In this document: positions 38,778 through 48,350 of the stretch, piece after piece
Layout of the letters: each line of letters begins with the position of its first letter
Numbering within the stretch: position 1 is the first letter of the stretch
Virus record (IMG/VR): IMGVR_UViG_3300025671_000094
Location: 1-51,771 of that record
DNA length: 51,771 nt
DNA from: a virus
Taxonomy: Duplodnaviria; Caudoviricetes
Direction: 5' to 3' (one strand)
The notes under the pieces: model-generated
What the model was told of the DNA's origin: nothing
The model's database searches: none
The model's input: the letters and a program-made list of their open reading frames with translations, nothing else
Made by a program: the position numbers and the translations under genes

Positions 38778-39119
38778 TTAAGTATTAATTACCAAATCGG
38801 AGTATTCTGTAACTAAGATAGTCTTAAGCTTTTTAAGGTTATTAGGATCTTTCATAAAGGCAGGATCATGTAGATCTAGCTTATGGTCTTCAAGAATCTT
38901 AATAGCTACAATGTCAGGAATAGTTGCCATTTTACGGTATCCATTATTACTTTTACCATAATACGCTTCCTTATCTCGCTGAAGTTTTGCTGCTTCCTTA
39001 TACTTTGAAATATCTTGTACGGCTTGCCAATCTCCACTTTGAAGATCAAAACCAGCCTGAATACCTTCTTTGGCTCCTACAGTTTGACTATAGAATTTAA
39101 AGTCTGTTTCTTTACTCAT
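38778..39119 (-). CDS. conserved phage protein between capsid and adaptor
   Basis: GAGG RBS; RKMATIPDIV motif. Confidence 0.7.
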   Translation of the reverse strand: MSKETDFKFYSQTVGAKEGIQAGFDLQSGDWQAVQDISKYKEAAKLQRDKEAYYGKSNNGYRKMATIPDIVAIKILEDHKLDLHDPAFMKDPNNLKKLKTILVTEYSDLVINT

Positions 39120-39135
39120 GTCCTCTCCTACTTAA

Positions 39136-39366
39136 TTAAGCGGCGGGTTCTGTATAAGCTACAAAACGACCTGATTTACCAATATAACCTAAACGTGAAC
39201 CTGTTGGTGCAACTGTTGGTACAGATGAACCGCCGCTAGTGGGTACGTTTGGGCTATGAATACTAAAGTGTGTAAGGCGATAACCGCCTGAAGTTAACTG
39301 TTCAGTGCGCCATACACATGTTTCTGCGGGGTAAGTATTCCCGTTTGCTGCTTGAATAACTAGCAT
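39136..39366 (-). CDS. hypothetical protein
   Basis: AGGAG RBS; fits the operon. Confidence 0.65.
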   Translation of the reverse strand: MLVIQAANGNTYPAETCVWRTEQLTSGGYRLTHFSIHSPNVPTSGGSSVPTVAPTGSRLGYIGKSGRFVAYTEPAA

Positions 39367-39391
39367 TTTACTGTACTCCTATTTGTTTATA

Positions 39392-39787
39392 TTAACGTCT
39401 GTTTTTACGGTTAGCCTTCATCTTAGCTTTCATTTCTTCAAACTTAGACATGTTCATGCTACTACCAGTATTTTTGTTTTTCTTAGTAGGTGCAGTACGA
39501 CTACCACCTTGTTTGCCTTGAGATTGCATACTTTGCGTAGCCATTTGTTGAGCCGTTTTATCTTTATTTTTAACGTCCATCATAGCCATTTGAGTACGTG
39601 TCATTCCAGCATAAGGGTTTTTGTTAGCTGAACCAGCTTGCATAGCCTTAGGTGGAATAGTAATAGTTTGACCTACACGAATTTGATTAGCGTTTTTAAT
39701 CTGTGGATTTGCTGCAAGTAGAGATTTAAGCGTCATACCTTTACTTTTAGCAATTTGGGATAATGTATCACCTGATTTAATTTTCAT
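39392..39787 (-). CDS. LysM-domain protein with basic tail
   Basis: IKSGDTLSQIA...LLAANPQIKNANQIRVGQTITIP is a canonical LysM. Confidence 0.9.
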   Translation of the reverse strand: MKIKSGDTLSQIAKSKGMTLKSLLAANPQIKNANQIRVGQTITIPPKAMQAGSANKNPYAGMTRTQMAMMDVKNKDKTAQQMATQSMQSQGKQGGSRTAPTKKNKNTGSSMNMSKFEEMKAKMKANRKNRR

Positions 39788-39789
39788 AT

Positions 39790-39987
39790 CTATCGCCCCT
39801 TAAAAACAGTACCACCAGATGATTTATACTGAGGATCCATCTTTAAACCAGTAGTTCGCTCAGTATTCATTGGATGATTAGGTCTAGCATTTTTAGGTGG
39901 TTTAGATTTAGGTAAAGGCATACCCTTCATACACTTGCCTGCAGCTTTACATTTAGCTGGTGATGGGCAATCTGCGCATATCTTCAT
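39790..39987 (-). CDS. small Cys-rich basic protein
   Basis: CADCPSPAKCKAAGKC; AGGAG RBS. Confidence 0.7.
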   Translation of the reverse strand: MKICADCPSPAKCKAAGKCMKGMPLPKSKPPKNARPNHPMNTERTTGLKMDPQYKSSGGTVFKGR

Positions 39988-40003
39988 ATTATACTCCTAT
40001 AGT

Positions 40004-40034
40004 AAAAAGAGGGGAAGCCCGAAAGCCTCCCCTC
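40004..40034 (-). terminator. rho-independent terminator after the major capsid gene
   Basis: Minus strand GAGGGGAGGC-TTTCGG-GCTTCCCCTC-TTTTT. Confidence 0.88.
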
Positions 40035-40042
40035 AATAAAAC

Positions 40043-41212
40043 CTACTCTAGGCCGTAGATAGCACCACAACCCAATGGGTTACGGACTTCCAAGGTTGAT
40101 TCTTCAACCATCATGCCTTTAGTTGAGTCGCCTTGCTGTCCTACGTCAACTTCTGCAAGAGGACGCAGAGTTGCAATAGCAAACCACATTGGATCATAGA
40201 TCAATGCAGAGAAGTTAGCAAGGTTAGTAACACCAGCGCCTGAGTGAGCAACGTTGTTGTCACCAGTAAACGCAAAGTTGTTTGTGAGACCCATGACATA
40301 GTTAGGAACTACCATTAGATCACCGAAGTCTGACATATAGATGTCAACTGACTGACGCAGTTTGCCTGAGTCGTCAATGTTACGCTGTACGCCTGTATCG
40401 CCAACCATCAGGTCAGAGAAATCACGGCGAAGCTTTGGTGACAACATGATCTTTGAGGCTTTACCGCCTTGCTCATAGATCTTCTGCATGACTGAGTCAA
40501 TGTTAGTCAAAGCAATTGGGTCACGATCAGGTGCAGTTGTTGAACCATTAATGGTTGAACGAGCAATAGCTGTACCGTCTGCATCTGTACCAGCACCAGT
40601 TGTTGCTGCTGAAGGAGCCTGGAATTCACCAACATAGTCAACTGTTGAAGCTGAGTTGATGAAAGACTGATAACCACCAGCTGAACGAGCGTTAGCATTT
40701 TGTGTACCTACAGCGTTTGAAGTGTTCATTGAGTGAATCATATCAAACTCAACGTCACGGCGTAGTTCTGTACCACGCTTCTTCAACTGATAAGCATACT
40801 CATCAGCTACACCGGCCTGATCTACTGCACGGCGTGTGCCTGATACAGCAATTGTCTTACCGTTGATCTGAGTGTAGTTACCCAGACGAGTGCGATATGG
40901 ACCTGAGATAGCAAATTTGTTGCCAGTTGCAGGTGTTGCACCTGTACCGCCTGAGCCTGTTGCGTCTGGTGCAATCCAGTCTGTACCTTCGCCAATGCGA
41001 GAGTTGCCTGGCGCTTCCAGCTGGTCTGTCTGCCACTCATGGTAGATAGCTGTTGCTTTTGCTTTGCCAATAGATGACATGAAAGGGGTTTCATCACGAG
41101 TAATCATTGTGATAAAGTTGGCAAGATCCTCACGCTGTGAGACGTCTTTGCCGGTTCCGCGAGCTGGTCCTGCTGGACCTCCGGTGCCGCGAACACCAAG
41201 ATTATTAGCCAT
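40043..41212 (-). CDS. major capsid protein (SU10/phiEco32-type, DUF5309-like)
   Basis: REDL...I...ETPF.S.IG..KA....HEWQTD.L, NYTQI, ELRRDVE; followed by a terminator. Confidence 0.9.
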   Translation of the reverse strand: MANNLGVRGTGGPAGPARGTGKDVSQREDLANFITMITRDETPFMSSIGKAKATAIYHEWQTDQLEAPGNSRIGEGTDWIAPDATGSGGTGATPATGNKFAISGPYRTRLGNYTQINGKTIAVSGTRRAVDQAGVADEYAYQLKKRGTELRRDVEFDMIHSMNTSNAVGTQNANARSAGGYQSFINSASTVDYVGEFQAPSAATTGAGTDADGTAIARSTINGSTTAPDRDPIALTNIDSVMQKIYEQGGKASKIMLSPKLRRDFSDLMVGDTGVQRNIDDSGKLRQSVDIYMSDFGDLMVVPNYVMGLTNNFAFTGDNNVAHSGAGVTNLANFSALIYDPMWFAIATLRPLAEVDVGQQGDSTKGMMVEESTLEVRNPLGCGAIYGLE

Positions 41213-41233
41213 TATTCATATACCTCCGAGGTA

Positions 41234-42334
41234 TCATAAGTTAAGTGAGCGTTGTGCTAAACTCCTAAGAAAATCTTGTTGTTCATCAGCTGAAGCATTA
41301 CCACTTAAAGCTTTTTGCCTTAGACGTTCAGCATTACTTGTTTCCTTCTGGGAACGAGTTTTAGCCTTACGAATAGGAGCTTTCTTAACAGTAGTAGTTT
41401 TACGTTTAGCTTGTCCTTTAGAGACACCTTGTTTAAGACGACGATAGTCATCAACAAACTTAACAATGATAGGATCTGCAATTGTATCCAATATTTCTGA
41501 AGGGATTCCTTCTTCGAGAGCAAACTCCCGAATTGCCATTGCAGTATCTTCGCTAAAGTCAGGGATTAGAGTTGGAATTGTTTCATTGAAATAATTCAAT
41601 TGCTCTGACCATTGTTGATTTATTTTTTCTTCTTCTTGTTTTTGAACTGTCTGTACTAGTGACTCACGTTTTTTGCGTGCTTCCCAGTATTGTTTTTGAG
41701 ATTGCTCTCGCTTATCTTTCAGTTCATTAACTTCATAGGTGTCGCCATCAGCACGAGCTTGTTCAATAGCTGCTTCAATCTCATGATATTCCTTAGCGAG
41801 TTCTTGTTCTTGACTATAAAGCACAGCAGCAGAAGCCTGAGCCATAGAGTTAATCTCTTGGATTTTACTCTGGTACTCCTCTTCCATTACTTTACGTGCT
41901 TCGCCAAGTTCACGACCCTTGTTAGAAAGATGTTGTTCAGTAGAATAACCTTTGATTAGGTCATTAAAGGATACTGCCACTTCTTCCCCGTCAATTTTAA
42001 CGAGCACAGAGGCATCCAAATCGAGGTCATCAGTAGTGTAGACATCAGCTTCTTGGGTAGACGTATCATCCGCATCTTCTGTTTCCACTTCATCTTCTTC
42101 GACTTCTTCTTCATCATCAACGTTATCGGCCTCGTCTGATTCTTCTGGGTCTTCGTCATCAGAGTCTTCCGCGTCTAACTGTGGTACTTGCTCATCGGGT
42201 AGAGATTCTTCATCACTGAGAAACTCAGTATTACGAAGAATGTCAGCCAGCATAGCCTCTTCAGTTCGACTTTCACCCGTTGCTACAGAGTCATCCAATT
42301 GGGTAGAGTCTGTTGTTGCATTGGTATTTTCCAT
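41234..42334 (-). CDS. capsid scaffolding protein
   Basis: Acidic N-terminus, VKIDGEEVAV...LIKGY, coiled coil; directly upstream of the capsid gene. Confidence 0.85.
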   Translation of the reverse strand: MENTNATTDSTQLDDSVATGESRTEEAMLADILRNTEFLSDEESLPDEQVPQLDAEDSDDEDPEESDEADNVDDEEEVEEDEVETEDADDTSTQEADVYTTDDLDLDASVLVKIDGEEVAVSFNDLIKGYSTEQHLSNKGRELGEARKVMEEEYQSKIQEINSMAQASAAVLYSQEQELAKEYHEIEAAIEQARADGDTYEVNELKDKREQSQKQYWEARKKRESLVQTVQKQEEEKINQQWSEQLNYFNETIPTLIPDFSEDTAMAIREFALEEGIPSEILDTIADPIIVKFVDDYRRLKQGVSKGQAKRKTTTVKKAPIRKAKTRSQKETSNAERLRQKALSGNASADEQQDFLRSLAQRSLNL

Positions 42335-42336
42335 TT

Positions 42337-42543
42337 CTAATTACCTCCCTTCTTAGTAACAGGTGTTACCACAGGTTTAGGTTCTTTAGAACTATAACGA
42401 TCTTTAAGTGCGTGCATATAATAAAGTACTTCAGCATTAAGCTTAGCCTTTCCTGCGCTACGCATAGAGTCATACTCTAGTGTATCAATCATAGTTTCAT
42501 AATTCTTAGTAAGTTGGGCGTAATCAATTATTCGCTTCGCCAT
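42337..42543 (-). CDS. hypothetical protein
   Basis: GGAGG RBS; operon fit. Confidence 0.65.
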   Translation of the reverse strand: MAKRIIDYAQLTKNYETMIDTLEYDSMRSAGKAKLNAEVLYYMHALKDRYSSKEPKPVVTPVTKKGGN

Positions 42544-42865
42544 TGTTGTCCTCCATCATATGCGGAATATTCTTCCCATACATTTCAAAGCCTATCATTT
42601 TCTCTTTAACACTTCCTAATGCCATAGCAGAACTGTAGAGAAACTCACGGGACTTTGTTTCATGCGGCTCCGTCTTGAGCCATTCAATAAAGAGGTCAAT
42701 TAGAACCTCACCATATACTTCATCAAAGAATTCATCCCGTTCCTTGGCGGCGAAGTGACCCTTAACATGAGCCCTTCGCGCCAATTCTTCAGGATGAACT
42801 TTATGATTACCGTATGACTTATTATTACCTAGCTTCGTCTCAGCTGTTTTGCGGTATTTGTCCAT
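42524..42865 (-). CDS. hypothetical protein following portal
   Basis: Overlaps the portal end; REFLY motif. Confidence 0.7.
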   Translation of the reverse strand: MDKYRKTAETKLGNNKSYGNHKVHPEELARRAHVKGHFAAKERDEFFDEVYGEVLIDLFIEWLKTEPHETKSREFLYSSAMALGSVKEKMIGFEMYGKNIPHMMEDNNGEANN

Positions 42866-45014
42866 CTTGTTGTGTCATTTCCTGTTGTTGTGGTTCTGGC
42901 TGTCCCATAATAATTTGACGGGCAAGCATAAGAACCTGATCATAGGAAGGATGCTCCGGTAAAGTTGCACCCTCTTTAGTTGCTTTAATAGTCATATCTG
43001 CCCACTCTTGGAAGTGCTTATCAATCGATACGGCTAACTGACGAGCATTATCATCCATAGTATTTTTAGCTTGAGCATTAGTATAACTAACGTTAGCTTC
43101 TGCTAGTGCAGCATCAGCTTCTTTCTTACGCTGTTCAATGTCTTGATTAACTTGAGCGTCCTTAGTTTGCTTTTCAATTGCTTGAGCTGCTTTTTGTACA
43201 AAGTCTTCTTGAGTGTAATCTTCAAGAAAGTCATTGCTATCAACACCCATTGCTTCAATAAGCTTAGTTGCTAATACAGCAGGTGCTGTTGGCTTAATTA
43301 CCATACCTGCTCCCTGTTGATTTAGTCCAGGGAGAATTTCTGCACCAATCTTACTAAGTTTATTAATAGCATTAGCGTTAGAGTTTTCACCAATATCAAG
43401 AAGTATCTCTACGTCCATCTTTGAAGGTAACTCACTCATGTTAACAATTCCATATGCTCCATCTAGAGAATAAGATTGCTTACCTTTCATATTAGCATAC
43501 AGCGTTTCATAGATACCGCTAATAAGTCGCTTAAATCCAGTCTCCGCAAATCTACGCGCGATATGCTGGATCCTCTTTTGAGCAGCTGATTGTACAGCTG
43601 AAAGCTTCTGTTCAGAGTTACCCGATACATAAAGAGTATCGTTTAAACCCTGTGCAGCCTTTGACATACCTGTTGCTTGTTCTTTAATCATCTGTAGATG
43701 CTCAAGCAGTGGTACGGTACCTGTTGAAATAGTCTCTGGTGCTAGTGCTGCTACTGCGCCCTGTGGATTACCGTTAGTTGGAATAATCTGCTTAGGCTTC
43801 ATGTTTTGTAACGCACTGAAGTCTACTACGTTTGGATCAGCTAGCTTCGGAGAATAGTTAGTTAGGTAAGTATTCTCTACAAATCCACGAAGGATTGCTG
43901 TGCTAGCAAGAGTAGAAGACCGGGTAAAGTCTGCCATTGATAAACCAAAGAATTCATGTGGGATATCAATTGGTACAATACTAGCTAGTGGTACGTATTC
44001 AGCATCTTCTTCATAGAGAATATGATTCCCTACGGTAATGAAGTGCTTAAGCTCTGCAATACCGTCTCCGTCTCTATCTACCCGAATCCAAGACTCGGTT
44101 AGTGTAACTTCACGACTAGCTTCTGCAGGATAGTTATTTTTACCTTCGTATCCTTGCCAGTATCTCTGACCAGTAATTTCTTTTCTAGCAGCAACATCTT
44201 CACTGTAGTTACCACTACCTAGCCAATCTTCGTCACTTCCTAGAGACTGCCATTCCTGTTCTGTTAATCCCGCTGCCCACTCAGGGTAAAACTTACGGAG
44301 ATCTGAACGTGTCATCTCTGATTGTAGACCAACAAAGTTAGCGTCTTCAATGTCTTTAGCTTCGTTACTAATCCTGAAAGACTCAGGTGGAATAACTTCT
44401 AGCTTAATGCGGCTCTTATCGATCTTCTTACGTAGTCTTACATCAATATAAGAAATAGTCTCTGATGTAGGATTGAGCGTTAGCTCATTAACAATTTCAA
44501 TGTTTTCATCTGAGAGAATCTCATCGAGTTTAGCCTCATCAATCTCCTCATATTCTTCCATAACGTAATCAAAGTCTTCGATGTAGTCCCAGCGAATAAC
44601 ACTATTTTTCCAGAGAAGAGAAGCTTTCATCCAAGTCTGTAGGATTTCCCATCCTTTATTCTTTTTAAAGATACAATAGTTAACTAGGTTAGCTGCATCT
44701 TTAGAAGCCTTAAAAGCCCCTGGAGTGTCATCGTAAGGAATAAACCTAGCGATTCTATTATTAGACAAAAATAGGTCGGAGAGTACGGCTGTGTAAGCCT
44801 CCACTACTTCAGTAGTACTTGTATCTACAATAGTACTTACGCCCTGAGGAGCTAGGTGTGCTGCTGCAACTCCGGCATACTCATAAGTAGACTTAAGTCT
44901 CTCCCTTGTTAGATCAGAACTGTTTAACCAATCCCCTGAAGAACTCTGAACTCCTGCCTCAATAATGTTAACTAGTTCTTCATCCGATACGGCTTCTTTA
45001 TAACGATATCCCAT
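42840..45014 (-). CDS. portal protein
   Basis: 724 aa, IPPESFRI, RVDRDGDGIAEL, PHEFFGLS, EQATG..., Gln-rich C-terminal coiled coil. Confidence 0.92.
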   Translation of the reverse strand: MGYRYKEAVSDEELVNIIEAGVQSSSGDWLNSSDLTRERLKSTYEYAGVAAAHLAPQGVSTIVDTSTTEVVEAYTAVLSDLFLSNNRIARFIPYDDTPGAFKASKDAANLVNYCIFKKNKGWEILQTWMKASLLWKNSVIRWDYIEDFDYVMEEYEEIDEAKLDEILSDENIEIVNELTLNPTSETISYIDVRLRKKIDKSRIKLEVIPPESFRISNEAKDIEDANFVGLQSEMTRSDLRKFYPEWAAGLTEQEWQSLGSDEDWLGSGNYSEDVAARKEITGQRYWQGYEGKNNYPAEASREVTLTESWIRVDRDGDGIAELKHFITVGNHILYEEDAEYVPLASIVPIDIPHEFFGLSMADFTRSSTLASTAILRGFVENTYLTNYSPKLADPNVVDFSALQNMKPKQIIPTNGNPQGAVAALAPETISTGTVPLLEHLQMIKEQATGMSKAAQGLNDTLYVSGNSEQKLSAVQSAAQKRIQHIARRFAETGFKRLISGIYETLYANMKGKQSYSLDGAYGIVNMSELPSKMDVEILLDIGENSNANAINKLSKIGAEILPGLNQQGAGMVIKPTAPAVLATKLIEAMGVDSNDFLEDYTQEDFVQKAAQAIEKQTKDAQVNQDIEQRKKEADAALAEANVSYTNAQAKNTMDDNARQLAVSIDKHFQEWADMTIKATKEGATLPEHPSYDQVLMLARQIIMGQPEPQQQEMTQQDGQIPQNS

Positions 45015-45175
45015 TATAGTTTACCACCCGTACCACTATAGACAGGCTTGCTGCCTTCCATAGTCTTTTGGCTATAGCCTTTAGATCCTGGCTGAGAAAG
45101 AGGAACCTTACGTTCTGTTGGTTTCTTAGCCGAAGATACAGGCTTAACCTGTTGATATCTTCCTACTTGTGTCAT
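45014..45175 (-). CDS. 53-aa basic protein (not in ORF track)
   Basis: AGGAG RBS; MTQVGRYQQ...SGTGGKL; TAATG coupling to the portal start. Confidence 0.7.
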   Translation of the reverse strand: MTQVGRYQQVKPVSSAKKPTERKVPLSQPGSKGYSQKTMEGSKPVYSGTGGKL

Positions 45176-45190
45176 TTACCGCTCCTGGGT

Positions 45191-45475
45191 TTACCACTTG
45201 ACTTTATTAGCCCAATAAGCTGCACTCATTGGACCCTTTTTAATATCTGGGCCATGCCTTGCTTTCCAAGCCAAACGCCTCTTCTTATACTTTTCACTTT
45301 CACCTTTTTTCTTAGGGCTACCCTTAGCGCCTTGAGAGCCAAACCGAATGAGCTTTGGTCTCCCTGTCGCTGGATTTTTAACTGCAACAGCATGAGACTT
45401 AGTTGGGTGGTTAGGGGTTCGTTTAGGTTTATTAAACCCACTAAAGGTTTCTCCTCCAACCTCGATTCTTGCCAT
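45191..45475 (-). CDS. basic conserved phage protein
   Basis: NKPKRTP.HP.KSH, LIRFG.QG, AYWANKVKW. Confidence 0.75.
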   Translation of the reverse strand: MARIEVGGETFSGFNKPKRTPNHPTKSHAVAVKNPATGRPKLIRFGSQGAKGSPKKKGESEKYKKRRLAWKARHGPDIKKGPMSAAYWANKVKW

Positions 45476-45572
45476 TTCCAGCCTCCTTTATTTGGTCTAA
45501 TGTTCTTCCGCAACCAATACAATATTTACCCATTGCATCTAGCTTGCATATTCCTACACACGAACTTTTCAT
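45441..45572 (-). CDS. DUF1289-like Cys-rich microprotein (not in ORF track)
   Basis: MKSSCVGICKLDAMGKYCIGCGRTLDQI...; ATGA coupling to the upstream gene. Confidence 0.7.
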   Translation of the reverse strand: MKSSCVGICKLDAMGKYCIGCGRTLDQIKEAGNGKNRGWRRNL

Positions 45573-45751
45573 GTTTTTACTCCATTGAGCAGTTTACAAT
45601 TGTATTCAACAATACTCCAATTACCATCTTGCGGTAATTCTTCGTGTAGTAGTTTAAATTCTATACAGTCTTGTTTATCTTCAAACCACTGTATTTCTTG
45701 ATTCATACAGCTAGTCTGCATACAAGCAGTTAAAATAAGAGACCATATCAT
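45569..45751 (-). CDS. small exported Cys-containing protein
   Basis: Hydrophobic N-terminus, four Cys; resembles 29518-29721 in layout. Confidence 0.6.
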   Translation of the reverse strand: MIWSLILTACMQTSCMNQEIQWFEDKQDCIEFKLLHEELPQDGNWSIVEYNCKLLNGVKT

Positions 45752-45945
45752 TTTTGCTCATGCCCCATCCAAATCCCAAATACACCTGTCATGACTCCCA
45801 TAACTACTGATACAAAAGCGGATTGTGCGCCTGTTGGATCTGGCAATGCCATAAACCATTCAGCACAACGCCAAGACATTATAGTACTAGCTAGCATCAT
45901 AAACCTTGGGAGGATTTTCCACTTTAGAAATGTTTCTACAGTCAT
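45748..45945 (-). CDS. two-TM small membrane protein
   Basis: WKILPR...WFM.LPDPT..QSAFVSVV. Confidence 0.7.
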   Translation of the reverse strand: MTVETFLKWKILPRFMMLASTIMSWRCAEWFMALPDPTGAQSAFVSVVMGVMTGVFGIWMGHEQK

Positions 45946-45947
45946 AG

Positions 45948-46145
45948 TTATGCTACTTCTTTTTCTAACGCTTCTACTTCTTCTTTAAGAAGTCTTAGGC
46001 GTTTTTTCTTTTGAATCTGTTCGCGTTCCTCTGGAGACACATGACGTTCAAGGTGCATACGCCCGAACCCATCATGATAAATATCAATAGACTCTCCTGC
46101 TTTATAGTCTTCTTCTAATACCCAAGTTTTTTTAAATAACAACAT
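45948..46145 (-). CDS. hypothetical protein
   Basis: AGGAG RBS. Confidence 0.65.
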   Translation of the reverse strand: MLLFKKTWVLEEDYKAGESIDIYHDGFGRMHLERHVSPEEREQIQKKKRLRLLKEEVEALEKEVA

Positions 46146-46309
46146 AGTCTTCTCCTATTTGTTTAGCTTTTCTTGCTTTACTATTGGACACTTATATTTT
46201 TTATGTCTACTTCTTTTAAATCTTTTAAAGTCAAAACGAGATGGGCTTTTCCTACCCCTAGCAGCCCAGACTAGGTGAGGACAATGGTAGTTTTTTATAG
46301 TGTCATCCA

Positions 46310-46693
46310 TTACTGTAGCGTGAGCCGATCTAGCTCCGCTTGTAACTCTTCGTCCGTGAGGTCTGAAGCATCTAGGTTTGTCTGTGTAACATCTTGCCTA
46401 CTTAGCTTCGGTGCTTGGTATTCTGCTAGAATACTGGCAACTTTAATTATTTGATCTGTATCCCCGTCTTCCATTGCCTGTACTAGCACGTAGTTTAGTG
46501 CCGACATAGCGTCAGGCGCCTCATCTCCAAGGGATTTCATAGCAAGAATAGTTTGTTTTGCTAAATCTCGCTTCTCTTTATTCTTTCGTCTTACCTCAAG
46601 CCCTCTTTTGCGCCATTCTTCAGCCATCTCGCTGTCTTTAATAGACACTAGGTTCTTGAGTCCTGGATGATTATCATCACCTCTTATAGCCAT
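46310..46693 (-). CDS. possible terminase small subunit
   Basis: Helical 127-aa protein overlapping the TerL end; EYQAPKL...LTDEEL C-terminus; function inferred. Confidence 0.4.
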   Translation of the reverse strand: MAIRGDDNHPGLKNLVSIKDSEMAEEWRKRGLEVRRKNKEKRDLAKQTILAMKSLGDEAPDAMSALNYVLVQAMEDGDTDQIIKVASILAEYQAPKLSRQDVTQTNLDASDLTDEELQAELDRLTLQ

Positions 46694-48309
46694 TGTGTAT
46701 TCTCCTCCACTAAGTGGCCTACTTTATCTCTCCAAGAGACATTATCATCAGTTAATCTATGCTGGTGCGTTCTATAGGCTTCAAATGCGATTGCAAGAGC
46801 CATAACAGTATCATCATAGTTTCCTGGGAGGGCATTAGTTGACCCGTTTTCTGCTGAGACATAAGTTCTTAACTCCCCAACCATAACATCTGAGGGAATC
46901 CATACGTCTTCTTCCTCAATTGCCCGTTTAAGGTTTCCTATTACCATAGGTTTTGTAGAAACAGTAGTCCTGAAACCAGGTTTTCCACCCTCTTCATTGA
47001 GAAGATTAGCAGCCTTAGTCTGATAGTATAGGTTTACATAGTTCATCTGTTTAAGTCGATTAAGCGTAGCAATACCTAGACTATTACTCTCTACCGCTAG
47101 TAAGGCATTGTTGTAGTATCTACCCAAATAGAATAGAATATCACCAAAGTTACTAGGATCCGTGAAGTTATCTCTAAATAGTGCACAGACCCGTCTCTCC
47201 TTATCAAGAATAACTGCTGTACTGTAGTCTTGACCTACGCCAAGTGCTACATCAGCACCAATAATAAACCTACCTTCAAATGAAGGGGGTACCCATATCT
47301 CCAAGTGTCCTTCTTTAGCATCCTCGAAGTAACTACTCTTCTCGTCATACTCTCTAACGTAGTCAGGAGCAATAACCTGTATACTGTTAATAACCTCTTG
47401 GTCAAAAACACTGTTACCTGAGACAAGAAAAGCCTCTTCAGGACTAGCAGGATACTCCTGACGGAACTTTCGCTCCCCTGACTCTGCTATCTTTAGCCTT
47501 CTCCAGTAAATCTGATCGTTATCCAATTCATATTTTTCTACTAGATCCCATTCTTCTACTGTTAAGTCTAAGTCTTCTGGTGCCTTCCTACGATATTCAT
47601 CTGTAATAAACCAAGGTAGGAAAATAGGAATGTATTCATTCTCACCTTTCATAGCCCCCTGGTATAACCGATAGAATTCTCCACTGGCTCCATTAGCTGT
47701 ACTTTCCAGTAATACCTCAGTACCGTTTTCCTGAGAGATTCCCTGGAAGAGTCCTGCTAGGATTTGTTCGTCGAATTGCCAGAACCCGACTTCCGAGAGG
47801 TGGGCAATCGTAGGGGTAGTTCCTCGTCCTGCTTCTTTAGCACCCGCTGTGTAGAGCCTGTATCCACTCTTGTTATGTTCAAATAAAATCTCTTTGGCAT
47901 TAGACTTGTTTAGTGTTGGTGGCTCTTCCATGTTATCGATAATGTTTCTCGACATATTGAAAAGAGCGTCACTGGTAGCGCTATCATGCGCCATCACAAC
48001 TGACCTAGTGTAGGGAGTGAAGAATGTCTTCCAGAATACTCTAGCAGCGCAGTAGGTACTGATACCCTGCTGGCGTGCTTTTAGAATAATTGCGCGTACC
48101 TTTCCGGTAGCCTCTAGCTGTTCTTCAATCTTTTTATTTACGATAGACTGAGCCTCGTTAAACTCAAACGGAACGAAACCCTGTGAAGCATTCTTTGTAA
48201 TAATCCTAATTTGTTCTTTTGAAAAGAGGCCGAAATCATCTTTGTATGCCCCTAGCTTTTCTCTACGTTTGGCTTCTTTGAGAAGTTCCAGTTTACGTTT
48301 ATTGTTCAT
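46684..48309 (-). CDS. terL: terminase large subunit
   Basis: ILKARQQGIST, GRGTT, HLSEVGFW, ESTANG, GADVALG..DYS, DDTVMALAIA. Confidence 0.95.
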   Translation of the reverse strand: MNNKRKLELLKEAKRREKLGAYKDDFGLFSKEQIRIITKNASQGFVPFEFNEAQSIVNKKIEEQLEATGKVRAIILKARQQGISTYCAARVFWKTFFTPYTRSVVMAHDSATSDALFNMSRNIIDNMEEPPTLNKSNAKEILFEHNKSGYRLYTAGAKEAGRGTTPTIAHLSEVGFWQFDEQILAGLFQGISQENGTEVLLESTANGASGEFYRLYQGAMKGENEYIPIFLPWFITDEYRRKAPEDLDLTVEEWDLVEKYELDNDQIYWRRLKIAESGERKFRQEYPASPEEAFLVSGNSVFDQEVINSIQVIAPDYVREYDEKSSYFEDAKEGHLEIWVPPSFEGRFIIGADVALGVGQDYSTAVILDKERRVCALFRDNFTDPSNFGDILFYLGRYYNNALLAVESNSLGIATLNRLKQMNYVNLYYQTKAANLLNEEGGKPGFRTTVSTKPMVIGNLKRAIEEEDVWIPSDVMVGELRTYVSAENGSTNALPGNYDDTVMALAIAFEAYRTHQHRLTDDNVSWRDKVGHLVEENTQWL

Positions 48310-48325
48310 TTAGTTGTCCTCTAAA

Positions 48326-48350
48326 TATCTCCTATAAGGGGGTGTTTAGG
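48326..48350 (-). promoter_or_regulatory. candidate phage-RNAP late promoter
   Basis: Minus strand AAACACCCCCTTATAGGAGA, ending like T7-class promoters (TATAGG.AGA), at the head of the structural arm. Confidence 0.45.

Noticed and set aside
17395-45175. Many late proteins end in GG-x(1-3), suggesting a C-terminal tag
   Set aside because: Largely explained by the Shine-Dalgarno sequence (GGAGG/GGGGG) of the tightly coupled next gene being read as Gly-Gly
46280-46290. A-AAA-AAC slippery heptamer upstream of the candidate pseudoknot, suggesting a -1 frameshift
   Set aside because: The spacer to the core stem is 14 nt and the -1 frame stops after about 10 codons, so no useful product results
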